A stretch of 64,000 bases of DNA, taken from the NCBI GenBank assembly GCA_963781885.1, contig CAWAHW010000003.1:64001-128000 (forward strand), read 5' to 3'. The DNA comes from an uncultured Spirochaetota bacterium. GTDB lineage: Bacteria > Spirochaetota > Spirochaetia > SZUA-6 > Fen-1364. Shown here in pieces: positions 1-10,580 of the stretch. The notes beneath the pieces are model-generated. The model saw nothing but the letters and a program-made list of their open reading frames with translations, did not search any database and had not been told where the DNA came from. The number at the start of each line of letters is the position of its first letter. Position 1 is the stretch's first letter. The position numbers were made by a program, and so were the translations under genes.

Positions 1-244
1 CGTTGTAGAGATTCTTCCGGCCGTACATGTCGGCAAGCCTGCCGATGACGGGGACGAGGGCCGTCGTGATAAGCAGGTAGCCGAGCAGCACCCACATGAT
101 GGTAAGGAATCCCGCCCGCAAACCCGTGAGGATTTGCGGCAGCGCGATGGTGAGGGCCGAGCCCTGTATCGATGCAAGCAGGGCCCCGACCGTCGTGACG
201 GAAAGGGCCGTCCATTCGTAACGAGTGTCCGTGCGATTTTCCAC
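1..244 (-). CDS. MFS transporter, DHA2/EmrB-QacA type (N-terminal part; runs off the window)
   Basis: Manual minus-strand translation from GTG at 244: VENRTDTRYEWTALSVTTVGALLASIQGSALTIALPQI...WVLLGYLL...IGRLADMYGRKNLYN, which contains MFS motif A (GRLADxYGRK). Confidence 0.85.
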   Translation of the reverse strand, partial: MENRTDTRYEWTALSVTTVGALLASIQGSALTIALPQILTGLRAGFLTIMWVLLGYLLITTALVPVIGRLADMYGRKNLYN

Positions 245-356
245 GACAGAGAATATACGGAAAGAAGGCCTGCGATGCATCAGGGTCGCCCGCCCACTCC
301 CTGTCCGGACCCGCCCGGGCCTTGACCCTCCCACGCGCCGCGGATACACCACCGGC

Positions 357-782
357 ATGCGCGACGTGCTCCGCCCCTTCACGATGAACGATTACGACGC
401 GGCCGTCGCGCTCTGGAAGACGGCAGAGGGCATCGGCCTGAGCGAGGCCGACAGCCGGGAAAACATCGCGCACTACCTCGCGGTGAACCCGGGGATGAGC
501 CAGGTTGCCGAGGAGGACGGCATCATCGTCGGCGCCGTGTTGTGCGGGACCGACGGGCGCCGGGGCTTCCTCCACCACCTCGCCGTTTCCCCCGCGCATC
601 GCCGCGCCGGGCTGGGCCGCGCGCTCGTGGACGCGTGCCTCGCGCGGCTGGCGGAGGCGGGCATGCGGAAATGCCACATCTTCGTGCTGGCGGACAACGC
701 GGAAGGCCAACGCTTCTGGGCGAAAATCGGTTGGGAGGAGCGCACAACCCTGAAGGTCATGTCGCACGACGTCGTGAGCTGA
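357..782 (+). CDS. GNAT family N-acetyltransferase (YpeA-like)
   Basis: GTDGRRGFLHHLAVSPAHRRAGLGRALV acetyl-CoA binding motif; start placed at ATG 357, 6 nt after a -10 box. Confidence 0.85.
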   Translation: MRDVLRPFTMNDYDAAVALWKTAEGIGLSEADSRENIAHYLAVNPGMSQVAEEDGIIVGAVLCGTDGRRGFLHHLAVSPAHRRAGLGRALVDACLARLAEAGMRKCHIFVLADNAEGQRFWAKIGWEERTTLKVMSHDVVS

Positions 783-874
783 GCCGGGCCGGGCGCACGG
801 CCGGCCGGCGCGCGGGTCGGCGCCCGACATCGATCCCCCGTCATGCTATACTCTCTTCATAAGGAGAGAATGGC

Positions 875-3586
875 ATGGCTTCCCCCGGCAAGGATCAGCC
901 GACGTTCAAGGACAACCTTATCCGCGAGGGGATCGCGCCGGATGAGATCCAGAAGGTCTACAAGACGCTGAAGGAAAAGGGCTACGGCGACGAAGAGGCG
1001 CGCCGCCGTTCCCGCGCGGCGCTGGAGAGGCTGAAAGCGCAGCGCGAGATGGAAGAACGGCGCAAGGCGTCGGCGGCCTCCGCGCCGCGCATCGGCGCCG
1101 CGACACGGACCAGCTCCGGGCCCCTGCCGGTCGAGGCGGAGAGCGCCCGACGCGCCGTGGACATGCTGCCGGAAGTGCCGCCGTGGCTGCGGCGGAAGAT
1201 CAACCGATACGCGTTTCGGGGCGGCTTCCTCATCACGCGCGTCGCGGAGCGGTGGAGCGACTTCCGAAGCTACTTCGACGCCAAGAGGCCCGATTTCGTG
1301 AGCGGAGCCTTTCTCCGGCTGATGGCCGATGCCCGCGGCTACCGCGGGGCCAACCCGTACCGCCTCTCTTTCGTGGACAACCTGGACGCGCTGCACGACA
1401 GCGCCGCGAGGCTCCTCGGCGTGCGACCGGCCGCGCTGGACGGGCAGTCACCCGTCATCGCCGCCCTCAAAGCAAAGGAACCCTTTGCCGTCGCCTTCTT
1501 TTCGGCCTTCACCCAGCCGCAGGACATGCTCCGCCGCAGTCTCGACTACCTGGAAGCGAACCACCTCGCGCATTCCCGGGTGCCGGTCTCGGCGCTCGCG
1601 CGGGTGGTGAAAGACGGCTACCGGCTTTTCCTGATTACCGATGCGCTGGAGAAGGAGAAACTGGAGACGCTCCTGGACATCGTGCGCCAGGCGAATCTGG
1701 AGCACCAGCACGGCGCCGCCGCCGCGCAGGAGCTCACCGAGGCGGAGGGGCTCTTCCGCGCGTGTTTCCAGAATCTCCGCCGTTTCGCGCACGAGCTTTA
1801 CCCGGCCCTGTTAAAGATGATCGCCGCCTTCTTCGAGGAGTCGGACGGCCGTCCCGAGAAGATCAGGACGATCTGGGAGTTCGTCGGCGTGCGGGAGGAG
1901 GACCTCCTTGCCTGGGAAGGCTGGCAGCGTCGGATGGAGGCGCTCCGGGAGAAAGAGCTGCGGGAAAAGCAGGAACGGGAGCTGGCAAAGCTGGAGCAGG
2001 AGAAGACCGAGCAGTTCAGCCAGCGCTTCGAGGGCACGCTCACCATGATGTCCTCCGTGTTCCCCGGCTCGGGAGTGGAGCGCATCGAGCAGGGCGCGTT
2101 CCTTCTGCCCTATTTCGCACACCGCATCTTCGGCCGCACCTCCGTGTTCCAGGCGCGCGCCACCGACATCGAGAAGCTGTCCTCCGCCGACGTGATGTCG
2201 CTCGTGATCGTCCTCCATTCCATCCTCGATGACATGCTCTCCTCCCTCGATGCCTATGCCCTGGAAAAGATCGTCGGCCGGGAAGGCCTGGCGGCGGAGA
2301 TGGTGGGGCTGCGCGATTCCTGGCGCGACGCCTATCCGAAGCTCTTCGAGCCTTACCTGGACGCGGTGGGCGAGTTTTCGCGCGAGACAGGGGGGAATAT
2401 CCGTTACGCCCTCCTTTTCCGGGAGAGCGCGCGGGCGCGGAGCATCGAGGAGAAGATCAACCAGCTGCGCGCCCGCGCGATCCGGCACTTCGGGCACGTG
2501 TTCACCGAGCGCGACCAGTTCGACGGCCCGAAGCTCTACGAGCTTGCCGCCCGACTTTCGCCTCTCCTCACCGAGGCCGGTGAGGCGATCAACCAGGCGG
2601 CCCTTGCCGCCGAGGACCCGGTGAGCCGCAAGGTGATCGCGGATCTGCGCGTGCATGGCATCGTGGACTTCGTATCGAGCGCCCGCACGGGAACCGTGGA
2701 CTATCGGCCGGTCACCCGGCAGATCAAGCGGTGGATCGAGGCGCGCTTCCGCGAGACGGTCCTGGAGATTCCGCAGAAAGCCCAGGTGGCTTTCATGGAC
2801 GCCTTCCGCGGCGTCGCCTACATGTATGACTCCCTTCTCAACGAGCCGACGAGCCCTGCCCTGCGCGCCGGGCACTCGCTGGTGACCGCCTCGACCGCGG
2901 ACCACGAGGCGTGGGCCCGGGAGCAGTCGGTGGGGGCGCGGGATTCCATGGCGGCGCTTCAGGCCACGCTCATGGAGCAGTTCCCCGGGCAGTTCGTCGA
3001 CGCCCTCACGGGGCTGAAGAACAAGGACTACTTCCTGAACGAGCTTCCCCGGCACCTCAAACGGCTGCGCGCCCACCGCGCGCCCCTGGCCTTCCTCATG
3101 ATCGACATCGATCACTTCAAGTGGGTGAATGACGCCCTCGGCCACCCCCGCGGCGACGAGGTGCTGCAGGCAACCGCGGGCATGATCCTGGACAATGTCC
3201 GGGAAGGGGACCTCGCGGTCCGCTATGGCGGGGAAGAGATCCTCATCGTGGTGCCGTCGGACCTCCACACCGGCATCATCCTCGCCGAGCGCCTGCGATT
3301 CGCGCAGGAGAGCCGCGTGCTCGCGCGGGACGCGATGCAGGACGTGCGCAAGGTCGGCGAAGAGGGGGGCGCGCCCTGCGGCACGCTTTCCATCGGCGTC
3401 GCCGAGGTCGGCGGGATCGTGGACGTCCAGAAGGCGGTGGAGAAGGTGGACAAGGCGTTGTATGCCGCGAAGCTGGGCAGGAACGCGGTGGTCTTTGTGG
3501 ACCCCGAAAAGGGCGACAAGGCGGTGGGGAACCTCACGTCCTACACGGAATATCGCAAGAAGGCGGGCTCGTCGCCCGCGTTGTAG
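875..3586 (+). CDS. Diguanylate cyclase (C-terminal GGDEF) with a ~700-aa uncharacterised helical N-terminus
   Basis: DALTGLKN, MIDIDHFKWVNDALGHPRGDEVL, RYGGEEI active site and REGD I-site; AAGGAG SD upstream. Confidence 0.85.
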   Translation: MASPGKDQPTFKDNLIREGIAPDEIQKVYKTLKEKGYGDEEARRRSRAALERLKAQREMEERRKASAASAPRIGAATRTSSGPLPVEAESARRAVDMLPEVPPWLRRKINRYAFRGGFLITRVAERWSDFRSYFDAKRPDFVSGAFLRLMADARGYRGANPYRLSFVDNLDALHDSAARLLGVRPAALDGQSPVIAALKAKEPFAVAFFSAFTQPQDMLRRSLDYLEANHLAHSRVPVSALARVVKDGYRLFLITDALEKEKLETLLDIVRQANLEHQHGAAAAQELTEAEGLFRACFQNLRRFAHELYPALLKMIAAFFEESDGRPEKIRTIWEFVGVREEDLLAWEGWQRRMEALREKELREKQERELAKLEQEKTEQFSQRFEGTLTMMSSVFPGSGVERIEQGAFLLPYFAHRIFGRTSVFQARATDIEKLSSADVMSLVIVLHSILDDMLSSLDAYALEKIVGREGLAAEMVGLRDSWRDAYPKLFEPYLDAVGEFSRETGGNIRYALLFRESARARSIEEKINQLRARAIRHFGHVFTERDQFDGPKLYELAARLSPLLTEAGEAINQAALAAEDPVSRKVIADLRVHGIVDFVSSARTGTVDYRPVTRQIKRWIEARFRETVLEIPQKAQVAFMDAFRGVAYMYDSLLNEPTSPALRAGHSLVTASTADHEAWAREQSVGARDSMAALQATLMEQFPGQFVDALTGLKNKDYFLNELPRHLKRLRAHRAPLAFLMIDIDHFKWVNDALGHPRGDEVLQATAGMILDNVREGDLAVRYGGEEILIVVPSDLHTGIILAERLRFAQESRVLARDAMQDVRKVGEEGGAPCGTLSIGVAEVGGIVDVQKAVEKVDKALYAAKLGRNAVVFVDPEKGDKAVGNLTSYTEYRKKAGSSPAL

Positions 3587-3709
3587 AGGACTCAAGCGGC
3601 GAAAAGCCCTTGCACCCGGTAAGGGATTTCATAATACTAGACGTGACGGGCATGCCTTCGGCAACGCGCACCCCCCCGCATGCACGAGACGAGAGAAGGA
3701 GTCACGGAA

Positions 3710-4507
3710 ATGGCAGAAAAAGCAACGTCTGCTTCTATAGCAGATTCGAGCAAGCCGAATGCGGGCCGGATCTACGACTTCCTTCTCGGCGGCAATCACA
3801 ACTTCGAGGTGGACAGGCTCGCCGCGCAGCAGCTCCTGCATGTCGCCCCGTTCCTGCCGAAGCTCGTCCGGGTCATCCGCTGGTTCCTGGGCGAGGCGGT
3901 GCACCGTCTCACCGATGCCGGCTACACGCAGTTCATTGATTTCGCCTCCGGTCTGCCGACCATCGACCACATCAACCACATCGCCCCCCCGGGGACGAAG
4001 GTGATTTATTCCGACATCGATCCGGTGACGGTGGCCTACGGCCAGCAAATCATCAAGGACGACCCGAATGTGCGCTACGTCGTCTGTGACGCCGAAAAGC
4101 CGGAAGCGCTGCTGGCGTCCTCGGTCGTGTCCCAGTTTTTTGAAAGCGACAAGCCGGTCGCGATCGGTTACAACGGCATCTGCTACTTCGTGAGCGATGA
4201 CGCCATTCGCCACGCGCTCAGCGTCCTGCACGCCTGGGCGCCGGCGGGCTCCCGGCTTTTCCTCTGCGACTTCGACGCGGCGGTTCCCACGCCCGCCATT
4301 GAGACCATCCTCAAGCTCTACGAGCAGATGGGGCAGCCGGGCTACCGGCGCACGCGCGCGAAGCTGGAGGAGCTCACCCGTCCCTGGAAGGTGGCGGCAC
4401 CCGGCGTCATGCTGCTGGAGGACTGGATCTCCGTGAATAAGGACGTCGCCGAGGACACGACCAGCGCATTCGGCGGCGTGCTCAACGGCATGATCCTGGA
4501 AAAGTGA
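3710..4507 (+). CDS. SAM-dependent methyltransferase, Methyltransf_19 (actinobacterial-type) family
   Basis: SKPNAGRIYDFLLGGNHNFEVDR and QFIDFASGLPT signatures; GAAGGAG SD before ATG 3710. Confidence 0.8.
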   Translation: MAEKATSASIADSSKPNAGRIYDFLLGGNHNFEVDRLAAQQLLHVAPFLPKLVRVIRWFLGEAVHRLTDAGYTQFIDFASGLPTIDHINHIAPPGTKVIYSDIDPVTVAYGQQIIKDDPNVRYVVCDAEKPEALLASSVVSQFFESDKPVAIGYNGICYFVSDDAIRHALSVLHAWAPAGSRLFLCDFDAAVPTPAIETILKLYEQMGQPGYRRTRAKLEELTRPWKVAAPGVMLLEDWISVNKDVAEDTTSAFGGVLNGMILEK

Positions 4508-6464
4508 GCCCGGCGGCCGAATCCCTTCGGGCACGGGAGAGCGCGCTCGCGGGGATCTTCAGAAGCTCCTCCGCGACAACGCCTTTGAGAACCGCTACGC
4601 GATGCACCCGCGGCGGCTGGCGGAGCTGGGGGGTGAGCTCGCTCGCTTCTTCATCCAGTCCGTCACGGAGCGCGGCGGCAGCGATGCCTTCTCCTTCGGG
4701 CAGGAGCTCGCGCGCACCGGCCTCGGGGAAAAGACGCTCATCCTCCTCACGCAGCTCATGCCGCGCTTCTGCCGACGCGAGCTCCCCGGCTCCCCCGACG
4801 TCGATGTCATCCTCCAGCAGGTCGACGCGGCCTCCCTTGCGCTGCTCAGCGGCTTCATGAAGTTCCGCGAGAGCCAGATCCTCTCCGACCAGGAGCAGCT
4901 CCGCCGCGCGCTTGCCACCGCGCTGGAGAACCAGAGCCAGGAGCTCCTGGTGAAGAATCACGCCATCAATACCTCCATCAACGGGATCATCCTCGCCGAC
5001 CTGGGGGGAAAGGTGACCTGGGTGAACTCGTCCTTCCTTCAGATGTGGGGCTACGCGTCGGCGGCGGAGGCGATCGGGCTCGACATTGGCGGTCTCTGGG
5101 TCGGGGAGGAGGACCGCCGGATCGTCCAGCTCCTGTCGCGCACGGGGGGATGGCGCGGCGAGCTCACCGCGCGGCGGAAGGACGGCTTGTCCTTCAGCAT
5201 CGAGGTCTCCTCGTCGCTCGTGCGCAACGAGGAGGGGGGCGCCATTGGCCTCATGGCCTCCGTCATCGACATCACGGAGCGCAAGAGGCTGCAGTCGCAG
5301 ATCATCCAGGCCCAGAAGATGGAAGCCCTCGGACAACTGGCCGGCGGCATCACGCACGATTTCAACAACCTCCTCACCGCCATCAGCGGCTACCTCCAGC
5401 TCCTCCTCCTGAGCGCGCCGCAGGACCCGCAGATGCAGAAGGACCTCCAGCAGATCAAGACCGCGGTGGACCGGGGCTCGGGCCTCACCCAGCAGCTGCG
5501 CTTCTTCACGCGCCAGGCGGCCGGCACACGCCAGATCATATCGTTGAACGACGTGGCCAACGAGACGTACGGCATCTTCCACCGCACCTTCCCGCCCGAG
5601 ATCACCGTGGAGCTCGCCCTTGCCTCCACGCTCTGGACCGTCGAGGCGGACCCCAACCAGATGAGCCAGGTGATGGTGAACCTGTGCGTAAATGCCCGGG
5701 ACGCGATAACGCAGTCGGGCGCGCACGCCGCCGGCGGAAAGCTCCGCATCGAGACGGCCAATGTCGCGCTCTCCCGCGACCAGGCGGAGAGATACGTAAA
5801 CGCCGTGGAGGGCCGTTACGTCGTCCTGAAGGTGATCGATACCGGCATCGGCATGCCGCCGGAGCTGCTGGAGAAGCTTTTCGTTCCCTTCATCACCACG
5901 AAGGGACCGAAGAGCGGCACGGGGCTCGGTCTTGCGGTCGTCTATGGCATCGTGGCGAGTCACCACGGCTTCATCGACGTGCGGAGCGCCGTGGGAAAGG
6001 GATCGACCTTCGAGGTCTACCTGCCCGTCGCGGATCGCGAAGCGTCCCGGGTCGCCGCGGAGGCACCCGGCGGGGCATTCGCGGCCGGTCGCGGCAAGAT
6101 CCTCGTGGTCGACGACGAGGCGCAGGTACGGGAGGTCATCTGCCGCACCTTCACCGCGTGCGGGTACATCGCCGTCCCCGCCGGCAACGGGCGCGACGCC
6201 CTGGAGCTCTGCCGCCAGCAGGGTGATTTCAACCTCGTCGTCCTCGACATGGTGATGCCCGACATGGGCGGACGGGAGTGCCTGGCGGGTCTGCGCGCGC
6301 TGCGCCCCAACCTCGCCGTCATCATCGTGACCGGCTATACGGCCGACGGGTCCGCGCTGGAGCTCCTCAAGGAAGGCGCCTGCGAGGTGCTGGAGAAGCC
6401 GATCGATCTCATGGCGCTCACGAAGACAGTCCAGAAACAGCTGCGCGGCGCCCCCGCCTGCTGA
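4504..6464 (+). CDS. Hybrid sensor histidine kinase/response regulator (helical N-domain, PAS, HisKA, HATPase, REC); probable frameshift near 4560
   Basis: GQLAGGITHDFNNLL H-box, NLCVNARDA, DTGIGM, GTGLGL, ILVVDDE/LDMVMP receiver. GTG 4504 overlaps the methyltransferase stop (GTGA), and its frame joins the 4602 frame at ATCTTC/AGAAG. Confidence 0.85.
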
Positions 6465-6473
6465 CTCGCCCGG

Positions 6474-7805
6474 TCAAGGGCCCGTTCCCTCCGTCGATTC
6501 CCGGAAATCCGCCAGCCTGCGGGAGACCTCATCGGGCACGCGCGCGCGCAGCCGGACGCCCTCCGCGAGGTCCTCCTGGCTTCGGACCGACCCCCGGTCG
6601 TAAACGAGCCGCACGAGGTCGTAGCGGGCGTAGGGGAGGAGCAGGCTCACGTCGACCAGGCCGTCATCGAGGAGCTTCTCCATCTTCGAGAGGAGAGCGG
6701 GCAGCCCCGCGCCCGTGCGCGCGCTGATGGAAAGGGCATGCTCGTGCGTTCCCCCGAGCACGGCCGACATGCCGCCCGCGGGCAGGAGGTCCGCCTTGTT
6801 CCAGGCGAGGAGGCGCGGGGTTGCTGCCACTTTCAACCCGCCGAGCACCGTTTCCACGGCGGCGATCTGCTCGGTCGCGTGGGGATGGGAGCCGTCGACG
6901 ACGTGCACGATGAGCGAAGCCTCCTCTATTCCTTCCAGGGTGGAGCGGAATGCCGCCACCAGGTCGTGGGGAAGCTTGCGGATGAAGCCGACGGTGTCCG
7001 TGAGAAGGGACTCCCTGCCGCCGGGCAGCGACAGGCGGCGCGTCGCGGGGTCCAGCGTCGCAAAGAGCTTGTCCTGGACGAGGACCCCCGCGTCCGTGAG
7101 CGCATTCATGAGGGAGCTTTTACCGGCATTCGTGTAGCCCACGAGGGCGATCATGGGGAGGCCGGCGCGCTGCCGGTCGTCGCGGTGGCGCAGGCGCTGA
7201 CCGCGGAGCTCCTCCAGGCCCCGCCGCAGCACGGCAATCCGTCGCCGCGCCTGCCTGCGGTCCAGCTCCAGCTGCGTCTCGCCGGGTCCGCGCAGCCCCA
7301 CGGGGCCCGCACCCGAACCGCCGACCTGTTGGGAAAGACCCAACCGCATGCCCGCCAGGCGCGGAAGCAGGTATTGGTACTGCGCGAGCTCCACCTGCAG
7401 CTTGCCTTCCCGCGAGTGCGCGTGCTGACCGAATATGTCGAGGATGAGCCGTGTGCGGTCGATGACGCGGATGCCTTCGCCGAGCCCCTCTTCGAGCTTC
7501 CGCTGCTGTCCCGGCGAAAGCTCGTCATCGAAGAGCACGTAGCGCGCGTTGCACGAATCCACGAGCTCCTTCACCTCCTGGACTTTTCCCGAACCGATCC
7601 AGGTGCGGGCGTTCGGCCGTCCGAGCTTCTGCCAGGTGGCGCCGGCAACCGATAGGCCGGCGGTTTCGGCGAGCTTGCCAAGCTCGTCAAGGGAATCCTT
7701 GATGCTCCACGTTGAGGTGGCGTCTTTCAGCTCGACGCCGACCAGGACGGCAAGGTCTCCGGGCCCCGGACCCATCGCTTCCTGGGTGAGAAAGTCTTTC
7801 TGCAT
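6474..7805 (-). CDS. hflX: Ribosome-splitting GTPase HflX
   Basis: GPGETQLELDRR, GYTNAGKSSL, LFATLD, DTVGFI, NKAD motifs. Confidence 0.97.
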   Translation of the reverse strand: MQKDFLTQEAMGPGPGDLAVLVGVELKDATSTWSIKDSLDELGKLAETAGLSVAGATWQKLGRPNARTWIGSGKVQEVKELVDSCNARYVLFDDELSPGQQRKLEEGLGEGIRVIDRTRLILDIFGQHAHSREGKLQVELAQYQYLLPRLAGMRLGLSQQVGGSGAGPVGLRGPGETQLELDRRQARRRIAVLRRGLEELRGQRLRHRDDRQRAGLPMIALVGYTNAGKSSLMNALTDAGVLVQDKLFATLDPATRRLSLPGGRESLLTDTVGFIRKLPHDLVAAFRSTLEGIEEASLIVHVVDGSHPHATEQIAAVETVLGGLKVAATPRLLAWNKADLLPAGGMSAVLGGTHEHALSISARTGAGLPALLSKMEKLLDDGLVDVSLLLPYARYDLVRLVYDRGSVRSQEDLAEGVRLRARVPDEVSRRLADFRESTEGTGP

Positions 7806-7826
7806 GCTCTCCAGACAATACAGGAT

Positions 7827-9047
7827 TCAGTCCGCGGCGGCGAGCCCCGCGATGCGTCCCGTGCTCCATGCGGCCTGGAGGTTGAAGCCTCCCGTGAAAC
7901 CGTCGACGTCCAGGAGCTCGCCGCAGAAGAAGAGGCCGGGCACGATCCGCGATTCCATGCTCCGCTGGTCCACCTCCGTCAGGTCCACCCCACCGGCAGT
8001 CACCATCTCCTCCCCCTTGTCGCGGTCGACGATCGTGAGCGGCAGCCGGTCCATCAGCTCGACGAGCGACTTCCTTTGCGCGCGCGTGAGCACGGAGGCC
8101 GCGGCATCAGGGGAGATGCCGGCCAGCTCCAGGACCGTCTGGGCAAGGGATCGCGGCATGAGACCGCGCAGCGTGGAGAGGATCTGCTGTCGCGGCCTGT
8201 CGCGGACGGCGTCCATCAACCGGCTTTCGATGGCCTGCCGGTCGTGATCCTCCAGCACGGAAAGCCGCAGTTGCAACGGCGCGCGAGGGGACAGGGGAAG
8301 AAAGGCGCAGCGCGAGGAGACGCGGAACACGACGGGCCCTGAAATGCCTTTGTGCGTGAAAACAAGGCCGCCAGTCTCCTGCAGCGGCCGCATCCCCTCG
8401 GGATGGGCATCGACGCGCGCCCGGGGCAGCGACAGGCCCGCAAGACGCCCCGGCCAGGATTCCGCCGCGGTGAGACCCGTCAGCGCCGGGGCAAGAGGGG
8501 TCACCCGGTGACCGAGGGCCAGCGCGAGGCCGTAGCCCGAGCCCCGCGCATTCCGCCAGTCCCCTCCCGTGGCGAGGACGACGCGGTCGAAAGGTTCTTT
8601 CCCGCGCGGCGTTGCAACCAGAAAGCCCTCCGGCGCGCGGGCGATCGACGTGATCGGCTGCCGCGCGGAGATCTTCACGCCCGCCGCGTGCGCCTGTCCC
8701 TGGAGAAGGTCCCGCACGTCCTGTGCCTTGCCGGACCGGGGAAAGATCCTTCCTTCCTCCTCCTCCACGAGCGGCAATCCGCGGGAGCGGAACCAGTCCA
8801 TGGTCTCCGTCGGGCCGAAACGGGAAAAGGCTGAAAGGAGAAAGCTTCCGCCGCGCGGATAATGTGCCGCCATTCGCTTCCCTTCCGATGAGGCATTCGT
8901 GAGATTGCAGCGGCCGCCGCCGGTCCTCAGGATCGTCGCAAGGGGAACGGCCGCGTCGAAAACAAAGACGGCGGCGCCCTTCTCCTGCGCGGCAAGAGCG
9001 GCCATGATTCCCGCGGGCCCGGCGCCCGCCACGGCAATGCGCGGCAT
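7827..9047 (-). CDS. HI0933/YhiN-like flavoprotein oxidoreductase
   Basis: GAGPAG, TGGGRCNLTN, VTAGGV, GELLDVDGFTGGFNLQAAWSTG. Confidence 0.92.
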   Translation of the reverse strand: MPRIAVAGAGPAGIMAALAAQEKGAAVFVFDAAVPLATILRTGGGRCNLTNASSEGKRMAAHYPRGGSFLLSAFSRFGPTETMDWFRSRGLPLVEEEEGRIFPRSGKAQDVRDLLQGQAHAAGVKISARQPITSIARAPEGFLVATPRGKEPFDRVVLATGGDWRNARGSGYGLALALGHRVTPLAPALTGLTAAESWPGRLAGLSLPRARVDAHPEGMRPLQETGGLVFTHKGISGPVVFRVSSRCAFLPLSPRAPLQLRLSVLEDHDRQAIESRLMDAVRDRPRQQILSTLRGLMPRSLAQTVLELAGISPDAAASVLTRAQRKSLVELMDRLPLTIVDRDKGEEMVTAGGVDLTEVDQRSMESRIVPGLFFCGELLDVDGFTGGFNLQAAWSTGRIAGLAAAD

Positions 9048-9295
9048 GGGAGGAGTGTAGCAGGCCTGTTCTGCCGATAGCAATTCTCATTATGGTGACC
9101 GAGGGACGCAGTTCTCATTTTGTTCCCATGGTAGAAGGGCTTTTTTCATATGAAAGTGCCCGCCCGTCAGCTCCGGATGGTCCAAAATGAGACAATATGA
9201 AGTGCCCCCAGGTGGTTGCTACAACGTGGATCGGCCGTATCATGAGATTGGCGTCTCGATGCGGCACGCCACAAACAACGCACAAGGGGGCAGTC

Positions 9296-10390
9296 ATGGG
9301 TATTGTACATTACGTTGGCATGGACGTCGACAAAGAAAAGATCGCCATAGCGATCCTGAGCGGGCGCGATCAGAAGCCGAGGGCCGAGACGGTGATTCGC
9401 AATGAAAAGAGCGTAATCCAGGCCTATTTCAAGAAGCTCCAGTCCGCGGGGGACCTGGTGACATGCTACGAGGCGGGATGTCTAGGGTATTCCCTGTATC
9501 GACAATTGACGGAACTGGGTGTGCCGTGTGCGGTGCTGGCTCCGTCTCAGATTCCACATCGTCCGGGAGATCGCATAAAGACCGATAGAAGGGACGCTGT
9601 GATGCTTGCTCGCGCACTTCGGAGCGGGGATGTGAGTGCCGTTCATGTACCCACGCGGGAAGACGAAGCGGTTCGCGACTATCTACGAATGCTGGAGGAC
9701 ATGAAGTCCGATCTGCGCAAGGCCAAGCAGCGCGTGCTGGGTTTTCTTCTGCGGAGGCGGATACGTTATGAACAAGGAGCCACATGGACGCAGCCGCATC
9801 GAGCATGGTTGCAGGCTCTTGAGTTGGAGGATCCGCTGGAGCAGTTGACTCTCACCGAGTACCGCTGCCAAGTCGACGAGCTGGAGGAGAAGTGTCGGCG
9901 GATCAAGGCGGGCATCGAAGAGATCGCGGCACGTAAAAGCTATGCCGAACCTGTAGCCAAGCTGAAGGCGTTCAAGGGCGTGGAGACGCTGATCGCCTTG
10001 TCGCTTGTTTCGGAGATCGGGGACTTTCGGCGCTTTGCAGGTGCGGATCAATTCATGGCGTTTTTGGGGTTGGTGCCCTCCGAGCGATCCAGCGGAAACA
10101 AGAGGCGCTTGGGAGGAATCACAAAGGCGGGTAATTCCCACCTGCGCAAACTTCTGGTGGAGGCCGCCTGGCAATACCGCAGCTACCATCCCAGTAGCAC
10201 TCGGTTGATGAAACGACGCGAGGGTCTTTCTCCATCCTTGGTCAGCTATGCCAACCGTGCGTGCAGGCGGCTAAACAAGAAATTTCTGCGTCTGCTTTTT
10301 CGCGGCAAAGCTTCTCAGACCGTGGTGACGGCGGTGGCGCGAGAGCTCTCGGGGTTCCTGTGGGGCGCGATGGTTGATCGGGTGGCTTGA
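9296..10390 (+). CDS. IS110-family DEDD recombinase/transposase
   Basis: YVGMDVDK, CYEAG, KTDRRDA (DEDD) and C-terminal GLVPSERSSG...ITKAGN. Confidence 0.95.
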   Translation: MGIVHYVGMDVDKEKIAIAILSGRDQKPRAETVIRNEKSVIQAYFKKLQSAGDLVTCYEAGCLGYSLYRQLTELGVPCAVLAPSQIPHRPGDRIKTDRRDAVMLARALRSGDVSAVHVPTREDEAVRDYLRMLEDMKSDLRKAKQRVLGFLLRRRIRYEQGATWTQPHRAWLQALELEDPLEQLTLTEYRCQVDELEEKCRRIKAGIEEIAARKSYAEPVAKLKAFKGVETLIALSLVSEIGDFRRFAGADQFMAFLGLVPSERSSGNKRRLGGITKAGNSHLRKLLVEAAWQYRSYHPSSTRLMKRREGLSPSLVSYANRACRRLNKKFLRLLFRGKASQTVVTAVARELSGFLWGAMVDRVA

Positions 10391-10444
10391 GGAGGCTGCG
10401 TATGCAATCGAGGCAACCGGGACGGATGGGGAAGGTTCGTGGCG

Positions 10445-10580
10445 AACGGAGAATCCTCGAGCGGTTCTGCAGGCAGACTATGGTCTGATCCTGGTAATGA
10501 GACGGAGGCAAGCTCCTGACGATCACATTGGCCTGCGGTAACCAATCCACGCATATCAGACTGGTCGATCGTCGGTTATG
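10445..10580 (+). ncRNA. Putative bridge/seek RNA of the IS element
   Basis: Two stem-internal-loop modules in the 3' NCR. Loop segments AGCGGTTCT (10460-10468) and AATGAGA (10496-10502) match the empty target site; CATATCAGAC (10552-10561) matches the predicted circle junction. Confidence 0.7.

Noticed and set aside
1811-3595. Long antisense or alternate-frame ORFs (also 17917-18891, 27646-30297, 39520-41427, 51679-53226, 54396-56096)
   Set aside because: Shadow ORFs of high-GC coding regions: they overlap well-supported genes and show no recognisable motifs.
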